From the IMG/VR virus record IMGVR_UViG_3300033553_000842, positions 1 through 64,000 of that record: a stretch of 64,000 nt of DNA. One strand, written 5' to 3'. The position numbers and the translations under genes are program-made. Source of the stretch: a virus. Below, piece by piece: positions 45,349 through 54,943 of the stretch. Below the pieces are notes generated by a model. It searched no databases. It was not told the DNA's origin and worked only from the letters and a program-made list of their open reading frames with translations. Positions within the stretch are counted from its first letter, which is position 1. Each line of letters starts with the position of its first letter.

Positions 45349-46979
45349 GCAACATCAATTCAGCCCTCGTAAAAGCCGCAGTCGATGCTCTTACGTCCAA
45401 GGTAAACGGCGTCATCGCCACAGCCACAGACAGCGTATCAGCCGCCGCCCTGGCGCTTGGCTACCGTGACACGACGCTGGCCTACAAAAACCAGGCTGAC
45501 GCAGCAGCCGCTCTGGCACTGCAGTACAAGAACGACGTTGCCAGTGCGATTGTATATCAGGACTTGTCTTCGATCGCCCTGTCGAAAGGCATCACCGCAA
45601 CCGCCATGTGCATCGACACATCGCCAAACCCGCCGCTGTCAGTGCAGCGGGCGACAAGCTGGTTTGCTGAGTTGGGGCCAATGCCCGCGACAAAGGTGGT
45701 GCTTGTTACCGTGTTTTCGGTCACGATTTATGACGGTGATGATCCGTCCCATCCTGTGTGGGCGACGTTTAATAGCGGCGTTTCAAAAATGCTTTTTAGA
45801 GGTGATTTTAGCTGCGTTTCTCTTGAAAATGGAATTCTCTCTGTAGGGTCTAACAACACAAACGGCGGCGTAAGCGTAGTTGACTTTTCACAGGATATGC
45901 GCACCCTTTATTACGGCGCAGAGACTTATGTATTCAATGGCAACATATCTGAAAGAAACATTGACAAAGGGCAGACCTTAAAAACAGCGACGGGTGGGAT
46001 TGTAAACCGAGTAATCAACGCAGTCGCAATGCACGTCTACGATGACGCACCTGTTGATCCTGTATCCGGTCTGCAAATCCCGACGATTGCTGTTGGTACG
46101 GCTGGCGGTGTGAGCGTTATTCTGGATGATGGGACTGTTGTTGATAGTGGTAGCACTTTCCCTGCTGACAACATTATTGTGACGGAACAAGGTCTCTGGT
46201 GGACAGCATCGGGAATAACTTTGCATTTTGCAACGTGGTCTGACATTGAGGCGGGCGATGGTTTTGGTGATGTAATCGCTCATATTTTTGGTGGTAGTGG
46301 ACTGTTTCGGCAGCAAACCCGTTTCGATCGTTTGATTAACCTTGGCTCTAATCAGCTTGCATGGACATCGGCAGCTTCATATTCCAATACAGTACGGGGT
46401 TTGCAGAAGCGTTTGCTTAACTACGCTGACCAGACCAAAGGCATGTCGGCTCTTATCACATCCTCCTACAACACAGGCTGGATGGTCGGAGACATCAAAG
46501 GAGCATTCCTTTCCAGCACGGACACGGCGAGTTTGGTTGCGAGTGAACAGGTCACGAATGGTACGTTTGATGTTGACCTGTCGGGGTGGACGCAAACAGG
46601 CAATAACGCAAATAATTTTTGGGAATTTAGCGCCGGAAAAGCCCGCGTGGTTTCTGACGGTGGTTTTACACCACTGCAGCAGACAACCAGTTTGGTTGTT
46701 GGCAAAAGGTACTGTCTGACCGTTGATGTCACAAAAACCGCAGGCTCGGTTAAAGTAGGTACAAATTCTACTGTCGATAATATTTCATCTTCCCTTGCTG
46801 CCGGAGCTAACAGCATCTTTTTTACGGCCAGTGCAACAACACTATACTTTTCGCGGGTTCCAGGTGTCGTCGATTGCACCATCGACAACGTATCCCTCAA
46901 ACTAGCCGACGCTGACCGCTCAGTGAACGCCAACGGCCTAATCGTCAACGGCACAATCACGCGTACACCGGTGGCTTGA
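45345..46979 (+). CDS. Tail fibre / receptor-binding protein, N-terminal part
   Basis: Coiled N-terminus, TIYD.DD...P.W..F, PTIAV.T.GGVSVI..DGTVVD, YNTGWM.GDIKGAFLS, CBM-like NGTFD; ends TITRTPVA. Confidence 0.8.
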   Translation: MSNINSALVKAAVDALTSKVNGVIATATDSVSAAALALGYRDTTLAYKNQADAAAALALQYKNDVASAIVYQDLSSIALSKGITATAMCIDTSPNPPLSVQRATSWFAELGPMPATKVVLVTVFSVTIYDGDDPSHPVWATFNSGVSKMLFRGDFSCVSLENGILSVGSNNTNGGVSVVDFSQDMRTLYYGAETYVFNGNISERNIDKGQTLKTATGGIVNRVINAVAMHVYDDAPVDPVSGLQIPTIAVGTAGGVSVILDDGTVVDSGSTFPADNIIVTEQGLWWTASGITLHFATWSDIEAGDGFGDVIAHIFGGSGLFRQQTRFDRLINLGSNQLAWTSAASYSNTVRGLQKRLLNYADQTKGMSALITSSYNTGWMVGDIKGAFLSSTDTASLVASEQVTNGTFDVDLSGWTQTGNNANNFWEFSAGKARVVSDGGFTPLQQTTSLVVGKRYCLTVDVTKTAGSVKVGTNSTVDNISSSLAAGANSIFFTASATTLYFSRVPGVVDCTIDNVSLKLADADRSVNANGLIVNGTITRTPVA

Positions 46980-46981
46980 TT

Positions 46982-47671
46982 ATGAAACGTCAATATAAAC
47001 GCATGACCAAAGAGGACGAAGATTTCATTGTGGCAAACGACGCCACCATGTCTATCAGCCAGATGTGCGAGGCTCTTGGGAGAGCCAAGGGAACTGTCGA
47101 TAAGGCTCGTAGACGCCTCGGTCTGAGGAAAGACTTTCACACCCCTTGGACTGATGCAGAAGCTGCTGTCGTTAAGGCCAATCCAACGATGGGAAACTCT
47201 GAAATAGCGGCCCTACTCGAAGGACGCACTGCTAACAATGTCAGCAGTTGGCGCTATCACAATGGTCTACGAATGGAGCGATCCTGTGCAAAATGCGGAT
47301 GCGAGTATTTTCATAAATCTAGTGCCTCTAAATTGTGTGGTGAGTGTTGGGTTTCGGGGGCATTGCCCAATAGCGCAAATCCTCTTGTTCGCTTTGGGTA
47401 CTATCGTGATGGAGCTAAAAGCCGAGCCATCGAGTTCGACCTGAGCGAACAAGAGTTCTTCTCGTTTTGGGGTAAGTCCTGCACCTACTGCGGAGCAGAT
47501 ATTGAGGGCATTGGGCTAGACCGTATTGACTCAAAGACAGGGTACAAGATGAGCAACGTCACGCCATGTTGCGGAAGATGTAATGAAATGAAGATGGCAG
47601 ATACCGTTGACCAATGGAAAGCGCAGATGACCCGCATCTTATCACATATGGAGAAAAACAATGACTGCTGA
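46982..47671 (+). CDS. HNH-type homing endonuclease
   Basis: Two HTH repeats, CAKC/CGEC, and C.YCG...GLDRIDS..GY..SNV.PCC..CN.MK. Confidence 0.85.
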   Translation: MKRQYKRMTKEDEDFIVANDATMSISQMCEALGRAKGTVDKARRRLGLRKDFHTPWTDAEAAVVKANPTMGNSEIAALLEGRTANNVSSWRYHNGLRMERSCAKCGCEYFHKSSASKLCGECWVSGALPNSANPLVRFGYYRDGAKSRAIEFDLSEQEFFSFWGKSCTYCGADIEGIGLDRIDSKTGYKMSNVTPCCGRCNEMKMADTVDQWKAQMTRILSHMEKNNDC

Positions 47672-48395
47672 ACTTGTCGCCTATTCGGGGTTCTCTGCAA
47701 CCAACTATCTCGAACAACCGTACAACCCTGACCTTGATTTCGGCACAGGTGATTTCTGTGTGATGGGGTGGGCAACGGCATCTGCCGCCTCTGATTGGCT
47801 TCTTGATCGGAAGACGCCTGGAGACAATGCCAGCGTGGGGTTTGACTTGTATCAGTCTGATGGGGATACCAACGGCGGTAATTTGAGATTTGGCACAAGG
47901 AGTAGTATTGGCGGTACTCTTACCACCACAGACGTAGGTGAGGTGACTTCAAAGTTTACCTATTTCGCAGTTGCTCGAAAAGGTGGTGTCGTTTCAACCT
48001 ACATTAACGGGACTATTACTGGGTCAAATACAAACACCACTGATTTGACAAACATCTCGGCTAATACATTTATCGGCCTTCGTTCTAATTTGAGCGCTCA
48101 ATATCTCAATGGCTCACTCGCCCTCATACGCATCGGCGCAACAGCCCCAAGCCCTGACCAAATCCGCAAAATCTACAATGACGAGAAAGCCCTGTTCCAA
48201 CCCAACGCCGCTTGTACCTTGTTCGGCACATCGGACGCGGTGACAGCACTGGCCCATGACGAAATCACAGGGCTGGATCACGCGGGTACATCGGCTGGAC
48301 GGTCTGACTTCTCTGGCTTGATCCGAGTGGGCAACACTACCACGCCCGTCACAACGGCAATCGCCGCAAACAATTCTCTGATACTGGAACAGTAA
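47661..48395 (+). CDS. Tail fibre C-terminal part (LamG/concanavalin-like)
   Basis: AELVAYSGFS..NYLEQPYN.DLDFGTGDF; GSLALIRI.ATAPS..QI.KIYNDEK.LFQ; own GGAG RBS. Confidence 0.8.
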   Translation: MTAELVAYSGFSATNYLEQPYNPDLDFGTGDFCVMGWATASAASDWLLDRKTPGDNASVGFDLYQSDGDTNGGNLRFGTRSSIGGTLTTTDVGEVTSKFTYFAVARKGGVVSTYINGTITGSNTNTTDLTNISANTFIGLRSNLSAQYLNGSLALIRIGATAPSPDQIRKIYNDEKALFQPNAACTLFGTSDAVTALAHDEITGLDHAGTSAGRSDFSGLIRVGNTTTPVTTAIAANNSLILEQ

Positions 48396-48396
48396 C

Positions 48397-49047
48397 ATGA
48401 CCGTAAGAATAGCAAAACCGGCGATTAACCTGCGTGAAGAACTGGTCAGGCTGAGAACCCTGCCAACGTATCGTGAGGAAGAGTTTTATTTCGACAGCTT
48501 GGTCGAGAATGGGACTTTTGACAGCGATACTATTTGGACACTAACGGGGGGTTCAATAACGGGTGGAGAATATGTCGGACCCGCCTCTGGTGCTCAAGGT
48601 GTCCAACAGAATAGCAAAACGCCCCTTGGGACGAAAAGGTACAAGGTGCAGTTTGACGCCAGTGTTGCAGCGTCTGTAACCACCGTGTTTTTACGCCTTG
48701 GGTCTAATACTAATGTTTTAGATTGGACGGTTGGCACCACCCCAACAACTTTCAGCGGGGTTGCTACGGCTGGCGGGGTTAGTGAACTGATTTATCTTCT
48801 TTCTGGTGGTGCCAACACCCTGCGGCTAGACAATATCACACTCTTCGAGGTCGATGCCAACGGCGACGTAATCCACACAATGAAGCAAGGCTGGTTGCCC
48901 AAATACTTTTTCGAAGACGGGCTTAAAATCCGTGAAGGTGTGGCGCATGACTATGAAGCCTATACGGACGGTTTCAGGTGGTTCGTCAAGCCAAGCGTGA
49001 CACCCGGCGCGTTGACAGAAACCTGCATCATTGGAGTGAAAGCATGA
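48397..49047 (+). CDS. Fibre-associated protein with CBM-like domain
   Basis: MTVRI.KPAINLRE.L..L start; NGTFDSD..W. Confidence 0.65.
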   Translation: MTVRIAKPAINLREELVRLRTLPTYREEEFYFDSLVENGTFDSDTIWTLTGGSITGGEYVGPASGAQGVQQNSKTPLGTKRYKVQFDASVAASVTTVFLRLGSNTNVLDWTVGTTPTTFSGVATAGGVSELIYLLSGGANTLRLDNITLFEVDANGDVIHTMKQGWLPKYFFEDGLKIREGVAHDYEAYTDGFRWFVKPSVTPGALTETCIIGVKA

Positions 49048-49592
49048 ATATCCTGAACCTGAAACTCGGTGATGCGCCCAAGACCGCCGCAACAATCGAG
49101 AAGGCCAAGGCCCGGTACATGAACGCAATGGGTTGGACAGCGACAAAGCGTGACGACGCCATGAATGAAGGGGCATTCCTTTTGACAGGGTACATCCAGA
49201 CAGCGCCAATGTTTGACAAAGCGATGGTGGACCTATCGCGGTTCGAACTTGATCTGGCTGAGACGTACCAGATCAACGCCTTCAATGCGCAGCTTGCCGC
49301 ATATCGTGCTGCCAAGACACGTCTTGGACGGCATGTCCTTGCAGATGGTCAGCTTGAGGTCATAGAGGAGTTTGACCCTGAGACGGGTGAACCACTCACG
49401 GAACCCGTTGTCGTACAGCAAGCCATCGAACCCTTGGACGCAACTGTGGTCATCACCGAATATGACGAAGAAGGTGCGGCCATGGATTTCACGGTGGCGA
49501 ACCCGCTGATCGCAATCGACGAGGCTCAACGTGACCATGCCCAATCTGTGATCGACGCGACCCCTGAAGGAGTGATCGCGTATGCCACTTGA
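49044..49592 (+). CDS. Fibre-associated protein / chaperone
   Basis: FN.QL.AYR.A..RL..H.LADG...IEPL..TV...NPLI..DEA.R..AQ.VIDATP. Confidence 0.6.
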   Translation: MNILNLKLGDAPKTAATIEKAKARYMNAMGWTATKRDDAMNEGAFLLTGYIQTAPMFDKAMVDLSRFELDLAETYQINAFNAQLAAYRAAKTRLGRHVLADGQLEVIEEFDPETGEPLTEPVVVQQAIEPLDATVVITEYDEEGAAMDFTVANPLIAIDEAQRDHAQSVIDATPEGVIAYAT

Positions 49593-52350
49593 TTACACTG
49601 GGGTAGGAGCTGCACAGTTTGATGAACCGGCCACACTGGTCTGGGGTTCGTCCTTGCCTGTTCTGCCCGACACTGTGCTTCAGCTCACTCTGAGTGTCGC
49701 GAAGGTCAACGGGGCAAACGCCAGCATTGTCGCTGGACTGATCTGCTATGACGAGACCGGCAATGACGTCGGTCAACTCCTGACCATCTCTGAGACCGTA
49801 AGCAGCGCAGACTGGCAAGAGTTTGTCCAGAGCTTCTCCGGCTGGCCCGCAGGTACAGTTTCGGTGCTGCAAGTGTTCCAGCATCAAACATCTGGCAGCA
49901 CGATCCAGGTCGATGAGTTTTCCTATGAAGACGTGACGGCAGTGGTTGCCGCTGAAGCCGCCGTGATCTCGGCCCAGACAGCGACAACAAAAGCGACCGA
50001 AGCCGGGACGTCAGCCACGGCGGCTCAAAGCGAACGCGTTCTGGCTGAGACTGCCAGGTCGGGTGCAGAAACCGCAGAGACAAATGCCGCGGCATCTGAA
50101 ACCAGTGCTTCTGGATCTTCCGCAGCCGCCTCGACCAGCGCCTCAAACGCAGCCAACAGCGCCACCCAGTCGGGCAACTCTGCAACGGCGGCAGCAAGTT
50201 CAGCCTCAACTGCTTCTACAAAGGCCACAGAGGCATCACAGGACGCCACAGCGGCGGCGTCAGAGCGCCTTGCAGCCGAGACTGCTCGATCTGGTGCAGA
50301 GAGCGCGGAGACGGGCGCTGTCACAGCAAAGAACACCTCAGAGAGCGCAGCGGCGACCGCCACTAGTAAAGCGACACTGGCCGCTCAAAGCGAAACCAAT
50401 GCGGGAAACTCAGCTACCGCCGCAGCAGGAAGTGCATCTACAGCAACAACCAAGGCCACAGAGGCATCACAGTCAGCTTCCACGGCCACAACGCAAGCCA
50501 ACACGGCGACAACAAAGGCCGGAGAGGCGTCAACCTCTGCCAGCCAAGCAGCGACGTCAGCCACTAACGCTGATGGGTCCGCTTCCTCAGCCTCGACAAG
50601 CGTGACAAACGCGGCCAACAGTGAAACAGCAGCAGGTAACTCCGCCAGCGCTGCGGCGACCGATGCGTTCACTGCAACAACCAAAGCAGGCGAAGCATCA
50701 ACCAGTGCAACTGCGGCCAACGCGGCTAAACTAGCTGCGCAGACGGCTCAATCTAATGCGGAAACCGCTGAAACGAATGCCGCAACGAGTGAGACAAACG
50801 CCAGTGGGTCTGCCTCCTCAGCCTCAACCAGTGCAACAAACGCGGCCAACAGCAACACGGCCGCGGGCAACTCAGCCACAGCCGCTGCTAATTCAGCCTC
50901 AACTGCAACAACCAAAGCGAGCGAAGCCGGTACATCTGCTACATCAGCGTCCACGTCAGCCAACACCGCGTCGACCAAAGCCGCTGAAGCTTCCACATCT
51001 GAGACAAACGCAGCGACCAGCGCCACGTCGGCTTCTGGATCTTCAGCTGCGGCCATCTCTGCCAAAGACACCGCTGTTGCTGTCGCCTCTCAAGGTGGAG
51101 GCGTTCTGTCTGACATGACGTTGCCCTACGGGGCAGGAAAATGGGGTGCCTATTCTACAGGCCCAACACTTACCGCGAGTGAAATTTACCCCACAGGCAA
51201 TACCTGGACTTGGAACCTGGCGGCAAACGCCAGTGGTGGGGCAGTAATTTCGCAAATCAGTCCGCTCTGGACAGGTGTTAAATTTGCCGACGGTTTTCGT
51301 GTCGAAGTAACCTACAAGTTGATCTCTGGTACATTGCAAGGCGCAGGTGTCCTGCTCGATTTCTATCCCGCAACCGGAAGTCACCAGAGGGTTCAGAAGT
51401 CTCTCGAAGAGATGACCCCTGGAACGGTAATCACTGGCGCTGTCATGCAGGCCAGTGCTGTGTTTGATAAACCCGCAGGCATCACCACGTCGGGCGGTGT
51501 CGGGGTCTATTTCATGGCCAGCGCGTCGCTCTTCGGTGCACAGGACGCCAAGAACATCAAGATTTACAGCATCCAGGTCTATCCGATTTCGGTCACTGAG
51601 GCGTCTGTCAAAGAACAGGCATCAACTATTGTCGATCTTCAGGGGAACGCGTCCGCTGGGTACCTGATCAAAGCGCAAGCCGGTTCAGAGGTGTCGCTTC
51701 TGGATCTGATCGCAGCTGATGGCGCTGCGGGGGCTGTTTCGGTGGCCAAGATCAGCGCCACAAGCATCCTGCTGGATGGTACAGTCACAGCCGATCATAT
51801 CAACGTGACGTCACTAGACGCAATCTCAGCCAATTTGGGAACCATCCAAGTAGGTAGCGCGAATATAGCCGACGCGGCGATCACCAATGCCAAGATCGGT
51901 GATACGATCCAATCTAACGACTTCGTAGCTGGATCAGCTGGCTGGCGTATTCTGAAAACTGGCTCTGCTGAGTTTAACGGTGTCGTTATTTCCCGTGATC
52001 AGGTCGTTGGCTCAGGCACTGCCTCCATCCCAACTACACAATGTTCCCAGCAGGGCTTTTTCACAAATGATGGCGTGTTTTGGATCGACACAGGTCTATC
52101 AACTTCGGCATGGACCGGTAGCGATGCAAGTTACAGCGCCGCTGTTGGACGTAATGGAAGTAACGGAACAATATTTAACACCAACAATGCCACCACTACG
52201 GAGCGACAGTGGGGATGGGCTGCGGAGGTAATCCCCATCACAAGATGGACCGGGGGAGCGACGTTGTTTATAAAGGTTGAGCTTTGGACAAAAAACGTAA
52301 GCGCAGCTTCAGGTTTCATACTTGATTGGAAGGTTAAGAAGGTAACATGA
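49582..52350 (+). CDS. J-like central fibre, C-terminal part
   Basis: CBM-like start, the same A/S/T repeats, then a lambda-J-type C-terminus (I.A....LDG, LDAISANLG, I.DAAITNAKIG..IQS.DF..GS.GW.I.K.G.AEFN). Confidence 0.8.
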   Translation: MPLDYTGVGAAQFDEPATLVWGSSLPVLPDTVLQLTLSVAKVNGANASIVAGLICYDETGNDVGQLLTISETVSSADWQEFVQSFSGWPAGTVSVLQVFQHQTSGSTIQVDEFSYEDVTAVVAAEAAVISAQTATTKATEAGTSATAAQSERVLAETARSGAETAETNAAASETSASGSSAAASTSASNAANSATQSGNSATAAASSASTASTKATEASQDATAAASERLAAETARSGAESAETGAVTAKNTSESAAATATSKATLAAQSETNAGNSATAAAGSASTATTKATEASQSASTATTQANTATTKAGEASTSASQAATSATNADGSASSASTSVTNAANSETAAGNSASAAATDAFTATTKAGEASTSATAANAAKLAAQTAQSNAETAETNAATSETNASGSASSASTSATNAANSNTAAGNSATAAANSASTATTKASEAGTSATSASTSANTASTKAAEASTSETNAATSATSASGSSAAAISAKDTAVAVASQGGGVLSDMTLPYGAGKWGAYSTGPTLTASEIYPTGNTWTWNLAANASGGAVISQISPLWTGVKFADGFRVEVTYKLISGTLQGAGVLLDFYPATGSHQRVQKSLEEMTPGTVITGAVMQASAVFDKPAGITTSGGVGVYFMASASLFGAQDAKNIKIYSIQVYPISVTEASVKEQASTIVDLQGNASAGYLIKAQAGSEVSLLDLIAADGAAGAVSVAKISATSILLDGTVTADHINVTSLDAISANLGTIQVGSANIADAAITNAKIGDTIQSNDFVAGSAGWRILKTGSAEFNGVVISRDQVVGSGTASIPTTQCSQQGFFTNDGVFWIDTGLSTSAWTGSDASYSAAVGRNGSNGTIFNTNNATTTERQWGWAAEVIPITRWTGGATLFIKVELWTKNVSAASGFILDWKVKKVT

Positions 52351-52736
52351 TTTCTTATTTCATCAGAGAAGACGGTGAAGTCGTCAAAGTTGTGGATCAA
52401 GATAATGGACTATCTGCCATGGAAAGTTGGGCCATCGACAACACGGACTATGATCTCGTTAAACCTGAAGCAGACGCGTACCTTGCCCGCCCCTTGTCAC
52501 CGGAGCCATCAGGCTCTGGTGCGACATGGTCTGTTGCTGCCTGCCCAGATGGAACCATCATTGCAGTATGGGACTCGGTTACACACGAAGAGCTGACAAC
52601 ATATACAACTGGTCCGGACGAAACCGTACCACTAAATTTCGTAGACGCAGGAACATACACTGTTCGCGTTCAAAGTCCCGCCCCTGCGCGTGAAGTGCGC
52701 AAACGCCTTGAGGTGACAGATGCAGATCTCGCGTAA
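52347..52736 (+). CDS. Hypothetical tail-associated protein
   Basis: ATGA-coupled to the fibre gene. Confidence 0.6.
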   Translation: MISYFIREDGEVVKVVDQDNGLSAMESWAIDNTDYDLVKPEADAYLARPLSPEPSGSGATWSVAACPDGTIIAVWDSVTHEELTTYTTGPDETVPLNFVDAGTYTVRVQSPAPAREVRKRLEVTDADLA

Positions 52737-53136
52737 CCCCGCCGTCTTAGCTGCCAAACTGGAGGCAGATCGCTCAGAGATTGCCGCAGCAATTACCGCC
52801 GAAAGAGATCGTCGAATTGCCGCAGGCTTCACTCACAACGGGGTGAATTACGATTTTGACGAGGCTTCTAAAAGTCGTATCACTGGCGCTGCAACTCTCG
52901 CGGGCTTCGCTCTGAGTAGTGGAGCCCTCGCAGGCGATCTGCTCTGGCATGGCGGCACTCAACCGTTCGTCTGGGTGGCTGCTGATAATTCTCTGGTCTC
53001 TATGGACGCGCAGACCTGCTTTGCTTTCGGACAAGCCGCCGCAGCGCATGAAACGCGGCATATCTTCTGGGCGAGGGCATTAAAGGACGCAGACCCGATC
53101 CCTGAAGACTTCACCAATGACATCCATTGGCAGTAA
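52720..53136 (+). CDS. DUF4376-like tail fibre assembly protein
   Basis: I.AERDRRI..GF...G..YD.D..S..RI.G...W..ADNS.V.MDA...LK. Confidence 0.75.
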   Translation: MQISRNPAVLAAKLEADRSEIAAAITAERDRRIAAGFTHNGVNYDFDEASKSRITGAATLAGFALSSGALAGDLLWHGGTQPFVWVAADNSLVSMDAQTCFAFGQAAAAHETRHIFWARALKDADPIPEDFTNDIHWQ

Positions 53137-53252
53137 CCCCCACCCGGGAATTTATTAAATCAACCCCTAATCTAGGGTAGTTTTATACAGTAGTGTCGTA
53201 GTCAATACTGCCGTTTCAGGAGTTAATCCTGTGAGCAACAGGATAGGACTAC

Positions 53253-53828
53253 ATGACAAGACTAGAAAAACTAAGTTCCACCATTAAGCAACTGGTCATT
53301 ATCGGCACGGCCGTTTCAGCCGTTTTTATGACCTTGTTCACGACCACCGTGTTTCTCTTTGCCGACCTGGCTAAGAGTGAGGCTCGGCAGTTCCTGGGTA
53401 TCGACGGGTTGGCCACAGCGTCCGACCTGGATAGCCTCAGAGAAGAGGTCATAAAGTTCACGGGTCGATCCGGGGTCCTTTATATGTCCCCCGGTAGCTC
53501 CTATGTCGAAGAGCCGATTAATTGGGGGGACAATATTAAAGCCCACCTAGTTGTACAAAGCACGGAACGTGGCGCGAAGTGTGAATTTTCTGACGGCCAA
53601 AGCCTTTTCTCGGATCAAAGAAACATCCCCTTCCCCGGGCCACCTGTTAACCTCGTCCGTCAAATCGGGATTGAGCCTAAGGAATTATTCCTCGACCTCA
53701 GTCATCCAGTGGCACTGGTACCAGGGCGTATCAAATTCACCATCTCTATAAGAGCCACCTGTGAAGGTAAGACTGAGTTCCAGGAGACTAGGCCGATCTA
53801 TTTCTACCTCGAAGAAAAGAAGACCTGA
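53253..53828 (+). CDS. Single-TM membrane protein, candidate holin
   Basis: N-terminal hydrophobic helix plus soluble domain with two Cys; first gene of the lysis block. Confidence 0.5.
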   Translation: MTRLEKLSSTIKQLVIIGTAVSAVFMTLFTTTVFLFADLAKSEARQFLGIDGLATASDLDSLREEVIKFTGRSGVLYMSPGSSYVEEPINWGDNIKAHLVVQSTERGAKCEFSDGQSLFSDQRNIPFPGPPVNLVRQIGIEPKELFLDLSHPVALVPGRIKFTISIRATCEGKTEFQETRPIYFYLEEKKT

Positions 53829-53830
53829 CC

Positions 53831-54943
53831 GTGGAGCTCACCCCCCGTCAGCTGGAGGTCCTGGAGCTCAAGAAAAAGGGCCTAACCCAGAGAGAGATTG
53901 CAGCGGAGCTGGGGGTTTCCAGGTGGGCGGTTAGAAGTAGGCTCGAAGGGGCGGAACGTAAAAACCACAACGACCCTGCGGTCCAAGCGGCAATGGAAGT
54001 AGCTAACACCGCACTGGTCCCCAACATGCTTTGGGTCAAGACCAAGGGTGAGGACGGGACCCGCTATTCGGTCCAGCTGAAACCTCCGAGGGAAACCGAT
54101 CGGGACGTTATGGCAGAGGTCCACGAGGCATTCCAAAATATTCCCAAGGCCCCGAAGATTGGACACCCCGAGAGCGTCAATACCGATCTGATGACGATGT
54201 ACCCTCTGTTTGACGTCCATCTGGGGCTACGCTCTCTGGCCTCAGTCTCGGGTGAGGACATGGATCTCGAGAAGGCCCAGACCAGGTTGCTGCGAGGCGC
54301 GGCCCGGTTGATATCCAAGGCCCCCAACTCGTCTAAGGCCCTGCTGGTCAACGGAGGTGACTTCACCCACGCGGATGATGACGAAAACGCCACACCAGCC
54401 AGTAAGCACGTTCTCGACGTCGACTCCCGGAACTATACCACGATCACGGTTGGCGTTGAGTTGATCGCGCTGTTCATCGAGATGCTGCTGCAGAAACATG
54501 AGACAGTGGACTATATCAGCGTCCCGGGCAATCACGATCCAAAGAACTGGGTCTCTATCATGGTGGGGCTTTACTACCGGTTCCTGGGCCACAACCGGGT
54601 GAAGATCGAGCTCAATCCGATCGAGTTCTCCGTCTATGTCTGGGGCCAGACCCTGATCGCAGTCCACCATGGCCACAGGCGCAAAGAAGCAGATCTCATC
54701 ATGTTCTTTGCCGCGGAATACGCCGCGGTCTGGGGCGCGGCCCTGCACCGGTATTTGTTCACGGGTCACTATCACAGCCGGGAGGCCAAGCGGTACCCGG
54801 GGATGTACTGGGAACGCATGGAACCCGTCTGTCCTCGGGACCACTACGCCGCCTCATCGGCTTATGACCAGGCGGCGTCGATGACGTGCATAACATTCCA
54901 TCGGGAAACCGGTGAGGAAGATAGATCAAGGGTGAAGCTATGA
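53831..54943 (+). CDS. HTH + calcineurin-like metallophosphoesterase
   Basis: LTPRQLEVL...GLTQREIAAELGVS HTH; DVHLG, GGDFTH, PGNHD, HHGH, TGHYH. Confidence 0.85.
   Translation: MELTPRQLEVLELKKKGLTQREIAAELGVSRWAVRSRLEGAERKNHNDPAVQAAMEVANTALVPNMLWVKTKGEDGTRYSVQLKPPRETDRDVMAEVHEAFQNIPKAPKIGHPESVNTDLMTMYPLFDVHLGLRSLASVSGEDMDLEKAQTRLLRGAARLISKAPNSSKALLVNGGDFTHADDDENATPASKHVLDVDSRNYTTITVGVELIALFIEMLLQKHETVDYISVPGNHDPKNWVSIMVGLYYRFLGHNRVKIELNPIEFSVYVWGQTLIAVHHGHRRKEADLIMFFAAEYAAVWGAALHRYLFTGHYHSREAKRYPGMYWERMEPVCPRDHYAASSAYDQAASMTCITFHRETGEEDRSRVKL

Noticed and set aside
46977-47663. Group I intron or ribosomal hop (GCT-TGA ... GCT) joining the fibre halves
   Set aside because: There is no non-coding room for a ribozyme core, a ~690-nt bypass is implausible, and fibre-C has its own RBS.
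45180-49620. Site-specific excision or inversion sites at the cassette edges
   Set aside because: Only weak similarity (CTTGA..TTACAC and RBS-like GAAGG...GTATG); no invertase nearby.
40513-53136. Diversity-generating retroelement acting on the fibres
   Set aside because: No reverse transcriptase and no adenine-variant template/variable repeat pair seen.
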